Shown: piece by piece, positions 8,601 to 18,164 of the stretch
How the letters are laid out: every line of letters starts with the position of its first letter
Numbering within the stretch: position 1 is the first letter of the stretch
Position numbers and translations under genes: made by a program
Origin: Chthonomonas sp. UBA2785
GTDB lineage: Bacteria; Armatimonadota; Fimbriimonadia; Fimbriimonadales; Fimbriimonadaceae
DNA: 64,000 bases
Direction of reading: 5' to 3'
Assembly: GCA_002352215.1 (NCBI GenBank)
Contig: DEIB01000038.1
Coordinates: forward strand, 178,506 to 242,505
Notes under the pieces: generated by a model
Told to the model about the DNA's origin: nothing
Database searches by the model: none
Seen by the model: the letters and a program-made list of their open reading frames with translations, nothing else

Positions 8601-10053
8601 CCCGGGCCTGCTCTTGACTAAGACGAAATACGCGATCCGCCAGTTCCTCGGCTTCCGCCGCCTCCATATCTTGCAACACGACGGTGCGCCCACTGGGCGA
8701 AACTGCCGCCGAGATCAGAGTGACCGTGGCCAGCCGCAAACGACGCTGGAATGGCGAAGTATCGATGTTCACCGCCTGGATACGCGCCAGCGGCAGATAC
8801 TCAACCTGGTGCAAAAGCCAACCCTTGCGGCCTGCCACCAGTTCATCGTTGACGGCAAAGGCCGAGCGGCGCACAGCCATCGCCTGCCCCCAGGCGGAGA
8901 GCAGCAGATAGACCGCCGCCACCCCTGCGCCCCAGAGCCACTCCCACCGGTAACCCACGCCCGCGCCGATGGCCAAGCCCACCAGGGCCGACCAGCGCCA
9001 GTGCACCCAAAAGGCGCGGCGGGGGATGGCGCGCCAATCTAGGTGCCGAATGTCTCGGCCAGACAGCGCCAATTGCTTGAGATCAGCTTGGTCCTTGCCC
9101 AGCACGAGCGGCGCGAGCAGAGTCTTGCCGCCTTGCTCATTCAGCACAAACGAACCCGCCGTCTCTGCATGGAGCTTGGAATAGCCAAACCAACTTTGGA
9201 CAAAGCTCTGCGTGGAGCGGACAATCTGAATCCGGCCCCGGGGCACCACGTTCTCAAACGTGTTGATGAGCCCGTACTGGCGGCGCAGTTTGCCGTCGTG
9301 CTCGCTGAGTTCGAACCCCCAGAACTGGACGAGCGTGAAGATGATGGACAAAATCCAGCCGAGCAGGAAGAAGGCCAGCAAGCCCAGGGCGTACACCCAC
9401 CACGGCATAGCGTCGTAGCCGTGGCCCTTTACCCAATCCACGAGGGCATCGATGATGGCGTCATCGCCGCCGGGCGTAAACGCGATCAAACCAAACGCGG
9501 ACGCCACGATGACGAACGCGCGGTTCTCGGTCATCCCGGCAAAGATCAAATCGCGGACACTGGCCCGGTAGTGCACGGCTTGGACTGGAGCCGCAAAGAC
9601 CTCACTCGGGGCCGAGATGCCGGTCAATTGCTCCTTCAGGCGGTGGGCATCCGGCTCTTGCAGCGCCCCAATCTTAACCTCGGCGCCGGCACCGCTGGCC
9701 GTTTCGATCTGCAGTTCAACCAGCCCCAGAATCCGGTGCACCCAGGTACGAGTGATGTTCACGTTCTGGATGCGCGCCAACGGCACGATGCGCACATGCC
9801 GGCCCAGAATGCCGGACCGCGTTTCGAGGTGGTCGCCCACCACGCGGTAGCCAAACGAGAAGTACTGAACGGCGGCAAAGATCACCGCGATGAATCCCAG
9901 CGCGCCGAACAGAATCTCGTTGGGGTCACCCTCCCGCGCCGTGAAGGTTGAGATGACCAAGATGATGATGACCCCCAGCATCCGCCGGATCTGTTCCACC
10001 AGCGCAATGAGCACCGTGCTGGGGTGCACTCTCAGAAATTCGCCTTCGATCAT
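8581..10053 (-). CDS. YdbT-like membrane protein with repeated bacterial PH (bPH_2) domains
   Basis: 490 aa. It shows alternating TM hairpins and repeated units of the type G.L.R....IPL.RIQ.V....P..R..GL..V, seen three times. Size and layout match Bacillus YdbT. Confidence 0.75.
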   Translation of the reverse strand: MIEGEFLRVHPSTVLIALVEQIRRMLGVIIILVISTFTAREGDPNEILFGALGFIAVIFAAVQYFSFGYRVVGDHLETRSGILGRHVRIVPLARIQNVNITRTWVHRILGLVELQIETASGAGAEVKIGALQEPDAHRLKEQLTGISAPSEVFAAPVQAVHYRASVRDLIFAGMTENRAFVIVASAFGLIAFTPGGDDAIIDALVDWVKGHGYDAMPWWVYALGLLAFFLLGWILSIIFTLVQFWGFELSEHDGKLRRQYGLINTFENVVPRGRIQIVRSTQSFVQSWFGYSKLHAETAGSFVLNEQGGKTLLAPLVLGKDQADLKQLALSGRDIRHLDWRAIPRRAFWVHWRWSALVGLAIGAGVGYRWEWLWGAGVAAVYLLLSAWGQAMAVRRSAFAVNDELVAGRKGWLLHQVEYLPLARIQAVNIDTSPFQRRLRLATVTLISAAVSPSGRTVVLQDMEAAEAEELADRVFRLSQEQARDEKSEV

Positions 10054-10583
10054 AGACCTTGCGGCGGGAGCGGCGGGGCCGGGGCCACGGGCGGCACCTT
10101 ATCTTGCCGGAGGAGCGTTTGGCGGATGCGCTCGGCTTCGTGCTCGGTCAGGCCGGGGATGCTGGCGGCTTCCCCGCCCGCCACGTAAACCTTGATCTCC
10201 GCGAGGCCAAGAGCGCGCTGGATGGGGCCGGCCGTTACGTCCACGTGTTGCACCCGGTGACGCCCGACGTAGCGCTTGTTCCGCCAAAAGATGCCGCTGC
10301 GGGTGGCAATGTCTTCTTCCGTGATGCGGTAGCGCCACGCTTCAAATTTGCGCTCGACAAAGAAGAAGCTTATGAGAGAGATGAGCACATACGCGCCCAC
10401 CACCAGGAACGTGAGCGGCACCGGGAGATCGCGCTTGCGCTCAATGGCGATGCCGATGGCGAGCCCAGGAATCAGCAGCGTGAGCGGCCCTAAGAATGCG
10501 CCCCAGCGCCAAACTCGCTTGACCTTGTCGTCCAGTTTGGTCCAGGGCGCATTGCCCGGCATCGGTTGCGGCGTTTCTAGCAT
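10050..10583 (-). CDS. YdbS-like PH-domain membrane protein
   Basis: The real start is MLETPQPMPG at 10583 (alternative ATG at 10598). The upstream part of track ORF 10050..11363 is antisense to the isomerase gene. It has a TM hairpin plus one bPH_2-like unit (RSGIFWRNKRYVGRHRVQHVDVTAGPIQRALGLAEIKVY). There is a 4-nt overlap with the YdbT-like gene. Confidence 0.75.
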   Translation of the reverse strand: MLETPQPMPGNAPWTKLDDKVKRVWRWGAFLGPLTLLIPGLAIGIAIERKRDLPVPLTFLVVGAYVLISLISFFFVERKFEAWRYRITEEDIATRSGIFWRNKRYVGRHRVQHVDVTAGPIQRALGLAEIKVYVAGGEAASIPGLTEHEAERIRQTLLRQDKVPPVAPAPPLPPQGL

Positions 10584-10685
10584 GGAATGTGCCCTCATGG
10601 TATTCGGAATCCGGGCCTCGAATGTTGCAAGTCCCGAGAATTTCAATGAGATATTCAGGACCCGAGGCGGGTAAACACTCCCCGC

Positions 10686-11432
10686 ATGTCCACCGCCTTT
10701 TCTCTTCAGCTCTATTCCCTTCGCGACGATGCCAAAGCCGACCTCATGGATACGCTGGCGCGGGTGGCCGATATGGGCTATGCGGCGGTGGAATTTGCCG
10801 GCCTGCACGGGCACGACCCTGAGGCGGTGCGCCAACGCATGGACGAAGTGGGGCTGACCTGCAGCGGCACCCACACCATGATGGACGCCTTTGCTGAGGA
10901 GAATCTGGCCGCCACCGTGGACCTGCACCGCACGCTGGGCACCGACCTCGCCCTCATCCCCTGGGTGCCGGAGGACGCGCGCAACTCCGCGGAGGCAGCC
11001 CTGGCCACGGCCGCTGAGTTCACCCGGATCCAGTCCGCTCTGCATGCGCATGGCCTCCGCACGGGTTTCCATGTGCACGACGCCGATGTGAAGCCCTTGG
11101 CCGGCGGCCAGAGTGCCTGGGACATCTTTACGGCCAACACCCCCGAAGCCTTTGTGATGCAGTGGGACACCGCCAACGCCTGCCACGCGGGCGCCGACCC
11201 GGTGGAGGGCATCCGCAAACTGGGCGCGCGGTGCCGGGCGTTGCACCTTAAGGAGTATCCCTTCGATGGGCGCGTGATCGGCGAGGGCCAGGTGCCGTGG
11301 ATGGAAGTGCGAGAGGCGGCCACCGCCGCCGGAGTGGAAACCTACGTGGTGGAACAAGAGCAATACGGCGACCGCACCCCGCTGGAATGTTGCCGCCTGT
11401 GCCTGGTGCAGCTCCGCGAGTGGGGGTGGTAA
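10686..11432 (+). CDS. sugar phosphate isomerase/epimerase (xylose isomerase-like TIM barrel)
   Basis: 248 aa. MGYAAVEFAGLHG, GFHVHD and LHLKEY fit the AP-endonuclease-2/xylose-isomerase-like TIM barrel pattern. Confidence 0.75.
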   Translation: MSTAFSLQLYSLRDDAKADLMDTLARVADMGYAAVEFAGLHGHDPEAVRQRMDEVGLTCSGTHTMMDAFAEENLAATVDLHRTLGTDLALIPWVPEDARNSAEAALATAAEFTRIQSALHAHGLRTGFHVHDADVKPLAGGQSAWDIFTANTPEAFVMQWDTANACHAGADPVEGIRKLGARCRALHLKEYPFDGRVIGEGQVPWMEVREAATAAGVETYVVEQEQYGDRTPLECCRLCLVQLREWGW

Positions 11433-11436
11433 GTCT

Positions 11437-11877
11437 ATGCAACCGAATCCGTACTCCGTGAGTTCACGCGCGTCGTGGCTGAACCTCTACATCATTGTCG
11501 GGGCGCACTATGGCCTGATTGTCTTGCTCTATATCTTTGTTGCACAACAAGTCTTGAAGATGGAACCGCAAGGACTGAACATTCTTCAGCTTGCGATCCT
11601 AGCGGTTTCGTCCATTGCTGTGCCGGGATTGGCTTACTTCGTGACGAAGCCGAAACTGAATCAAGACGGGCAGAGGGTCTTGCCGCGATTCCCCGACTTT
11701 CAGTCAAAAGTGCTTATCATGTGCTCCTTCGCTGAGATTAACACTCTGATCGGCATTTTCGTCGGCCGCGGGTATCAAGTCTACATTGGCATTGGTGCCA
11801 CCGTATTCCTGCTGACGCTGGTCGTGGTGCCGGTCCTCATTAAGATGCGCCCGGTTTACAAGCTCACCGAAGCCTGA
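11437..11877 (+). CDS. membrane protein, unknown function
   Basis: 146 aa with four hydrophobic helices. Starts 4 nt after the preceding gene. Confidence 0.55.
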   Translation: MQPNPYSVSSRASWLNLYIIVGAHYGLIVLLYIFVAQQVLKMEPQGLNILQLAILAVSSIAVPGLAYFVTKPKLNQDGQRVLPRFPDFQSKVLIMCSFAEINTLIGIFVGRGYQVYIGIGATVFLLTLVVVPVLIKMRPVYKLTEA

Positions 11878-11880
11878 CCC

Positions 11881-12720
11881 CTACTTCTGTAAGTCCGGAA
11901 CCCAGGCCGTGGTGCGCCCGCCCACCGTATCCCGGCGCAGTTCATGCCCTTGCCAAAGGTCAGCGCCCTTGCCGCCGCCCCACCGCACGTGGAACAGCCA
12001 CTCCGGCGGGAACTTCTCGTAATCCGCGTCCACCGCCACGGCGTGCCCCACCACGTCACGGATGGCCACCCGCAGGGCTTCGGCTTCCGCCGCATTTAGG
12101 CTCGCCGCCGCCCGATCCGGGCGCACCCGTGCCACCAGCAGCACCTCATCGGCCAGGTAGTTGCCAATGCCGGCCAAGAATTTCTGGTCCAGCAACAGCG
12201 CCTTAATCGGAGCCTTGCGCCGCCCCAGCATCGCCGCCCAGGTCGCGGCTTCGGGCAAATCCAAGTGCGCATCCGGGCCAAGGGCAGAAAAGCGAGAGCA
12301 TGCTTCGGGCGTTTCCGCGCTCCATATCCGGCCCAAGCGCCGCCCATCCACAAAGGCAATGCGCCGGTCATTCGCGCGCAGCTCTAGCTTCAAAAAGCGG
12401 GGTTCTTCGCCCGGCACGGCCTCGGCGCGCACCCGGTAGTAGTTCACGTTGCGCTCTTGCCCGGGGGTCAAGTCCAAAATCGCCCCGGTCATCCCCAGGT
12501 GCAAGAACAGCACGCCCTCGTCTAGCTCCAGCCACATGAACTTGCCTCGGCGACCGGTACCGCGCACAGTTTGCCCGGTCAGCCGCGCGACCGTGGCCTC
12601 AGGCGGCACGCCTTCAAAGACGATGTCATCCGGCCGGGCCACCACTTCGGTCAGCACCTGCCCGGTGAGGGCACTGTCAATCATCCGGCGGGCGGCTTCG
12701 ACCTCGGGGAGTTCGGGCAT
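11881..12720 (-). CDS. Fpg/Nei-family DNA glycosylase/AP lyase, zincless-finger type
   Basis: Catalytic N-terminus MPELPEVE and H2TH motif LLDQKFLAGIGNYLADEVLLVARVRP. The C-terminal 40 aa contain no Cys, so there is no CxxC zinc finger. Confidence 0.85.
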   Translation of the reverse strand: MPELPEVEAARRMIDSALTGQVLTEVVARPDDIVFEGVPPEATVARLTGQTVRGTGRRGKFMWLELDEGVLFLHLGMTGAILDLTPGQERNVNYYRVRAEAVPGEEPRFLKLELRANDRRIAFVDGRRLGRIWSAETPEACSRFSALGPDAHLDLPEAATWAAMLGRRKAPIKALLLDQKFLAGIGNYLADEVLLVARVRPDRAAASLNAAEAEALRVAIRDVVGHAVAVDADYEKFPPEWLFHVRWGGGKGADLWQGHELRRDTVGGRTTAWVPDLQK

Positions 12721-12780
12721 ATGCTCAGCCTACGTGATGAACGACCATGACTCCCTCCGGTCTCAGGACTCCGACCTCCC

Positions 12781-12827
12781 AAAACTAAGAACCCCCCAGG
12801 CAACTGCCCAGGGGTTCTCTTCGTTTT
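12781..12827 (-). terminator. rho-independent terminator after groEL-1
   Basis: On the minus strand it reads AGAACCCC-loop-GGGGTTCT followed by TAGTTTT, about 25 nt downstream of the groEL-1 stop. Confidence 0.65.
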
Positions 12828-12850
12828 GCTTAACCTAAGAAGACCGGACT

Positions 12851-14775
<1,925 letters not shown>

Positions 14776-14816
14776 ATCTTTCTCGATCTCCCCCGTGCGA
14801 GCTCCCGAAAACGGGG

Positions 14817-14843
14817 TTAGCACTCGCGCGGGCTGTCTGCTAA
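14817..14843 (-). promoter_or_regulatory. CIRCE-like HrcA operator (proximal)
   Basis: TTAGCACTC-N9-GTCTGCTAA compared with the consensus TTAGCACTC-N9-GAGTGCTAA. One arm is perfect and the other has 2 mismatches. It lies 42 nt upstream of the groES-1 start. Confidence 0.75.
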
Positions 14844-14878
14844 TTCTAACGCCCCGGGCGGCCGCTTTGCGCCCCGGA

Positions 14879-14905
14879 TTAGCAAAGATAGGACTAGAGT
14901 GCTAA
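14879..14905 (-). promoter_or_regulatory. CIRCE-like HrcA operator (distal)
   Basis: TTAGCAAAG-N9-GAGTGCTAA. One arm is perfect and the other has 3 mismatches. It lies 35 nt beyond the proximal element. Confidence 0.65.
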
Positions 14906-15002
14906 GACCCTCACAGAACCAGACACACCGGCTCCCCGGTCCGCAAATTTGCGGGATTGCATTCAGTCAAGCGCTTGCCCAAAGCAACCCCTGGCCCAAC
15001 GT

Positions 15003-15779
15003 ATGAAACCCCTTCGCCGCAAGTCCGTCAAAATAGTCAATATGAAATCCGCCGTGATGGGGCGAACTGTGATGGTCTCCGTGCTCTTGGCCGGGGTGGC
15101 GTTGATGGGGGCTTCGGGCTGCAATGCCCTCCGTGATGACCGTTACGGAGCCTTGATGGTGAACATTGACTGGCCGGAGGAAACGCGCGGCATCCCCAGC
15201 TACGCTCGCAGCGCGCGCATCATCCTGCAAGATCCGGGCGGAGGCTTCGGCTACGGAGGCAACGGCTACGGCGACCGCGTGCAGATCGTCAACCGCAACC
15301 GCAGCAGCGCCTACAAGGATGAAATCCGCTTCGACAACCTCATCCGCCGCTACGACGAGGACTATCCGTTCTTCGATCACTACATCGAAGTGATTTTCTA
15401 TACCGGCACTGGTGGCAGTGGCACCGTGGTGGCCACCGCGCCCTATACGTTCCGCTACCGCGAGTTCAACTGGAACCACACGCTCAACGTGAGTTCCTAT
15501 ACCGCCGCCGAGATCGTGTCGCTCCGCGTGGACGGGCCGTTCACGGTCACGCTGGCGGGCGGTGCCCGCTCGCTTATCGGTACGGGCCTGGACCGCTTCA
15601 ACCGCAATCTCGCTCTGCCTCCTCGCGCCCTGCGCTGGGAACTGGTGGGCGGTGACGCTGGCACCATCACCTCGGACGGGGTGTTTACGCCGGTGCGCCA
15701 AGGCAGCGTACAAGTTCGGCTTTACGAAGCCGACGGCTCGGTGGAGCCCGCCGTGGCCACCATCAACGTCGTCCCGTAA
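15003..15779 (+). CDS. lipoprotein with C-terminal Ig-like (Big_2-type) domain
   Basis: Signal peptide and lipobox MKSAVMGRTVMVSVLLAGVALMGASGC (ATG at 15042; alternative ATG at 15003). The C-terminal segment LRWELVGGDAGTITSDGVFTPVRQGSVQVRL resembles a Big_2 domain. Confidence 0.65.
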   Translation: MKPLRRKSVKIVNMKSAVMGRTVMVSVLLAGVALMGASGCNALRDDRYGALMVNIDWPEETRGIPSYARSARIILQDPGGGFGYGGNGYGDRVQIVNRNRSSAYKDEIRFDNLIRRYDEDYPFFDHYIEVIFYTGTGGSGTVVATAPYTFRYREFNWNHTLNVSSYTAAEIVSLRVDGPFTVTLAGGARSLIGTGLDRFNRNLALPPRALRWELVGGDAGTITSDGVFTPVRQGSVQVRLYEADGSVEPAVATINVVP

Positions 15780-15796
15780 GTTCACACGGGCGCAAG

Positions 15797-15841
15797 AAAA
15801 AAGAGACGATCTCCGAACGTGGAGGTCGTCTCTTCTCTTTT
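15797..15841. terminator. bidirectional rho-independent terminator
   Basis: AAAAAAGAGACGATCTCC-loop-GGAGGTCGTCTCTTCTCTTTT, located between convergent genes. There are A-runs and T-runs on both sides. Confidence 0.7.
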
Positions 15842-15857
15842 CAATCTCTCGCAGGTA

Positions 15858-16166
15858 TCAGCGAACGTAGTGGATCTCGGGCTCTTCCATGTCGTCCAGC
15901 AGCATCATCGCCACAATCGGTAACGGACGCCCCTTGGCGATTTCGCGGGCTTCGTCAAAGCTCACTTGGTCGATGGTCATGCCGACGAGGTCAATCCACT
16001 CGGCAAAGCGCACCGCGCCCACTTCTTCGGTGAAGACGGCCAGGCCGTTCACGCCGCGATGGCAATAGCAACCGTATTTCCCGCTCGGCTGGTGGTGCAG
16101 CACGTAGAGGACGTCGGGGATGGTGCTTTCCAAACCCATGATCGGACAGGAAATCGTGTTGTTCAT
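15858..16166 (-). CDS. small hypothetical protein (102 aa)
   Basis: Clean ORF with an ATG start and normal composition, bracketed by a terminator. I recognise no family. Confidence 0.5.
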   Translation of the reverse strand: MNNTISCPIMGLESTIPDVLYVLHHQPSGKYGCYCHRGVNGLAVFTEEVGAVRFAEWIDLVGMTIDQVSFDEAREIAKGRPLPIVAMMLLDDMEEPEIHYVR

Positions 16167-16365
16167 CGCTACGATTTCCTATTGGCAATCTGGCCCCGTA
16201 CTTTTAGGGGGAGATGGAAGAATTCTCCCTTCGGTGCCAACGGTACAGTCGCCAGTTCCCCGTGCGTTGCTCTCCGCTTGCGAGGATGGCGCGATCCGCT
16301 CGCGCATGGTCGCCGGTCGGCGCCGGCCGCGCATCGCTCCTCCTTTCACCCGTGTATGCTAAGGC

Positions 16366-16908
16366 ATGGCATGCGGATTGGAAGGCGATTTGGTGCGGCT
16401 TGTGCCCTTGGATCATGCCAAACACTTTGAGAACTACCTGATCTGGCTCAACGACGAGGCCGTCACCCGTCACTTGCTCGTTGAGTACCCGATGAACCGG
16501 TTGATGGAGCAGGAGTTTTTCGACAAGCAACGGAACAACCGTGACGAGATCGTTTGGGCGATTGAGACCCTCGACGGGCGCCATATCGGATCGAGCGGAG
16601 TCCACAAGATCGACTTCCGCCACCGACACTGCATCACCGGAAGCTTCATTGGCGACCCTGAGTTTCAGGGTAAAGGGCTCGGCACCGACGCCGCTCGAGT
16701 CCGCGCCAAGTACCTTTTTGAGAGCTTGAATATGCACCGCGTGTACTCGGCGTACCTTGGCGACAACGAGCGAAGTCGACGAATGCAGGAGCGGATTGGA
16801 GCCGTCGAAACGGGCCGATTTCCAGAACGCTACTTCCGGAACGGAAAGTACCTCGACGAGGTGATCATGACCTTGACGCGCGAGGCTTGGTTAGCCAACC
16901 TAAAGTAG
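16366..16908 (+). CDS. GNAT-family N-acetyltransferase (RimJ/RimL-like)
   Basis: LVRLVPLDHAKHFENYLIWLNDEAV..., a core with GDPEFQGKGLGTDA (the Q/RxxGxG/A acetyl-CoA loop), and NERSRRMQERIG. Confidence 0.8.
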   Translation: MACGLEGDLVRLVPLDHAKHFENYLIWLNDEAVTRHLLVEYPMNRLMEQEFFDKQRNNRDEIVWAIETLDGRHIGSSGVHKIDFRHRHCITGSFIGDPEFQGKGLGTDAARVRAKYLFESLNMHRVYSAYLGDNERSRRMQERIGAVETGRFPERYFRNGKYLDEVIMTLTREAWLANLK

Positions 16909-16958
16909 CGTTTCCCTAGCCATGTGGGCGCAGAAATTCCGCGCCCACTTCATAGCCA

Positions 16959-18041
16959 TTAGGCGCGCTTGAAGAAGCGCTTGTTCACCACTTGGCCCGG
17001 CACTTCTTGCCCGCGAATCTCCACGGTACAAGCCGTTTCCGCCTTGATGTGCGGCTGCAAGAACGCAAAAGCCACACCCGCCTCCAGCAACGGACTGTAG
17101 GCGCCACTGCTCACAAAGCCCACGGCTTCCCCATCCACCCGCACGATGGCATCAATCGGCGCCACGCGCTTGGAATCGAGCCGGATGCCATGCAGCTTGA
17201 GCGGCAACCCGGCCGCCTTGCCCGCCTCGATCTTGTCGCGGCCCAGGAAAGGCACGTCCGTCTTGCGCATCACCCAGCCCAGGCCCGCGCACAGCGGCGA
17301 GAGGTCGTCCTTGAGTTCGTGGCCATAGAGCGGCAGGCCCGCTTCTACGCGCAGGGTGTCGCGGCTCCCCAGACCGCAAGGGGTCACGCCGGCGGCGTGC
17401 AGGGCGTTCCACAGCGTGGTGGATTGCGCGGCCGAGCAGATTAGTTCCAGGCCATCCTCGCCGGTGTAGCCGCTGCGTGCGGCAAAGACCGGCACCCCGG
17501 CCATCGTCACATCGGCGGTGCCGAACATCGGCAGCGCCCGCAGCTTGTCGCCATCGGGCGTCATCCCGGCCATGATGTCCATCGCGGTCGGCCCTTGCAC
17601 GGCAATCATCGCGGTGGCTTCGGTGTTGTCCTCAATGGCCACGCCGAAGGTGTTCTGGGCCGCCATGTGAGCGAGGTCCTTCTGGTGATTGGCCGCGTTG
17701 ACGACCATGCGGAAAAGGCCATCCCGCACCTTATAAACGATAATGTCGTCCACCAGGCCGCCGTCGGCATTGGGCAACAATGAATAGTGGCCCCGGCCAT
17801 CGGTCAGAGCGGCGATGTCGCCCACCGTGATGTGCTCCAGATAGGCCTGCACGTTTTCGCCGCTCAGGGTCAGGCGCGCCATGTGGCTCACATCGAACAT
17901 GCCGGCCCCGTTGCGGACGGCCAGCGACTCGGCGATCACCCCGGTGTATTGCACCGGCAAGTCATAGCCAGCAAAGGTGACGATGCGGCCCCCCATGGCC
18001 ACGTGGGCGTCATACAAGGGAGTTCGGGCGGCTTCGGACAC
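16959..18041 (-). CDS. gcvT: glycine cleavage system aminomethyltransferase (T protein)
   Basis: 360 aa. RTPLYDAHVAMGGRIVTFAGYDLPVQY, FDVSHMARL and the rest align by eye to GcvT. GTG start at 18041-18039. Confidence 0.93.
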   Translation of the reverse strand: MSEAARTPLYDAHVAMGGRIVTFAGYDLPVQYTGVIAESLAVRNGAGMFDVSHMARLTLSGENVQAYLEHITVGDIAALTDGRGHYSLLPNADGGLVDDIIVYKVRDGLFRMVVNAANHQKDLAHMAAQNTFGVAIEDNTEATAMIAVQGPTAMDIMAGMTPDGDKLRALPMFGTADVTMAGVPVFAARSGYTGEDGLELICSAAQSTTLWNALHAAGVTPCGLGSRDTLRVEAGLPLYGHELKDDLSPLCAGLGWVMRKTDVPFLGRDKIEAGKAAGLPLKLHGIRLDSKRVAPIDAIVRVDGEAVGFVSSGAYSPLLEAGVAFAFLQPHIKAETACTVEIRGQEVPGQVVNKRFFKRA

Positions 18042-18047
18042 GCAGAA

Positions 18048-18056
18048 ATTATATCA
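18048..18056 (-). promoter_or_regulatory. extended -10 promoter element (TGATATAAT) abutting the gcvT start
   Basis: The minus strand reads TGATATAAT-TTCTGC-GTG. This is a perfect TGnTATAAT element placed 6 nt before the start codon, with no Shine-Dalgarno between. Confidence 0.5.
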
Positions 18057-18164
18057 ATGTGGGTCGCCGAACGGGCCTTTTCCCGTAATTCGTACGGGGA
18101 TGTGAACGGTTATGCCCCTTTTCCTCGTCTTTGCCCATAGATTCGCGCGGTAACATAGGGTCGG

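Noticed and set aside
10584-11363. Upstream extension of the YdbS-like ORF (track 10050..11363), and of the binding protein ORF (28073..29215)
   Set aside because: Both extensions run antisense through well-supported genes (the isomerase and the aspartic protease/PDZ protein) and have junk composition. Internal starts give proper N-termini (a TM protein and a lipobox signal).
16925-16949. Hairpin GTGGGCGC-N9-GCGCCCAC between the GNAT gene and gcvT as a terminator
   Set aside because: A stem exists, but there is no clear U-tract on either strand. It may be a weak or factor-dependent terminator and is not reported as a feature.
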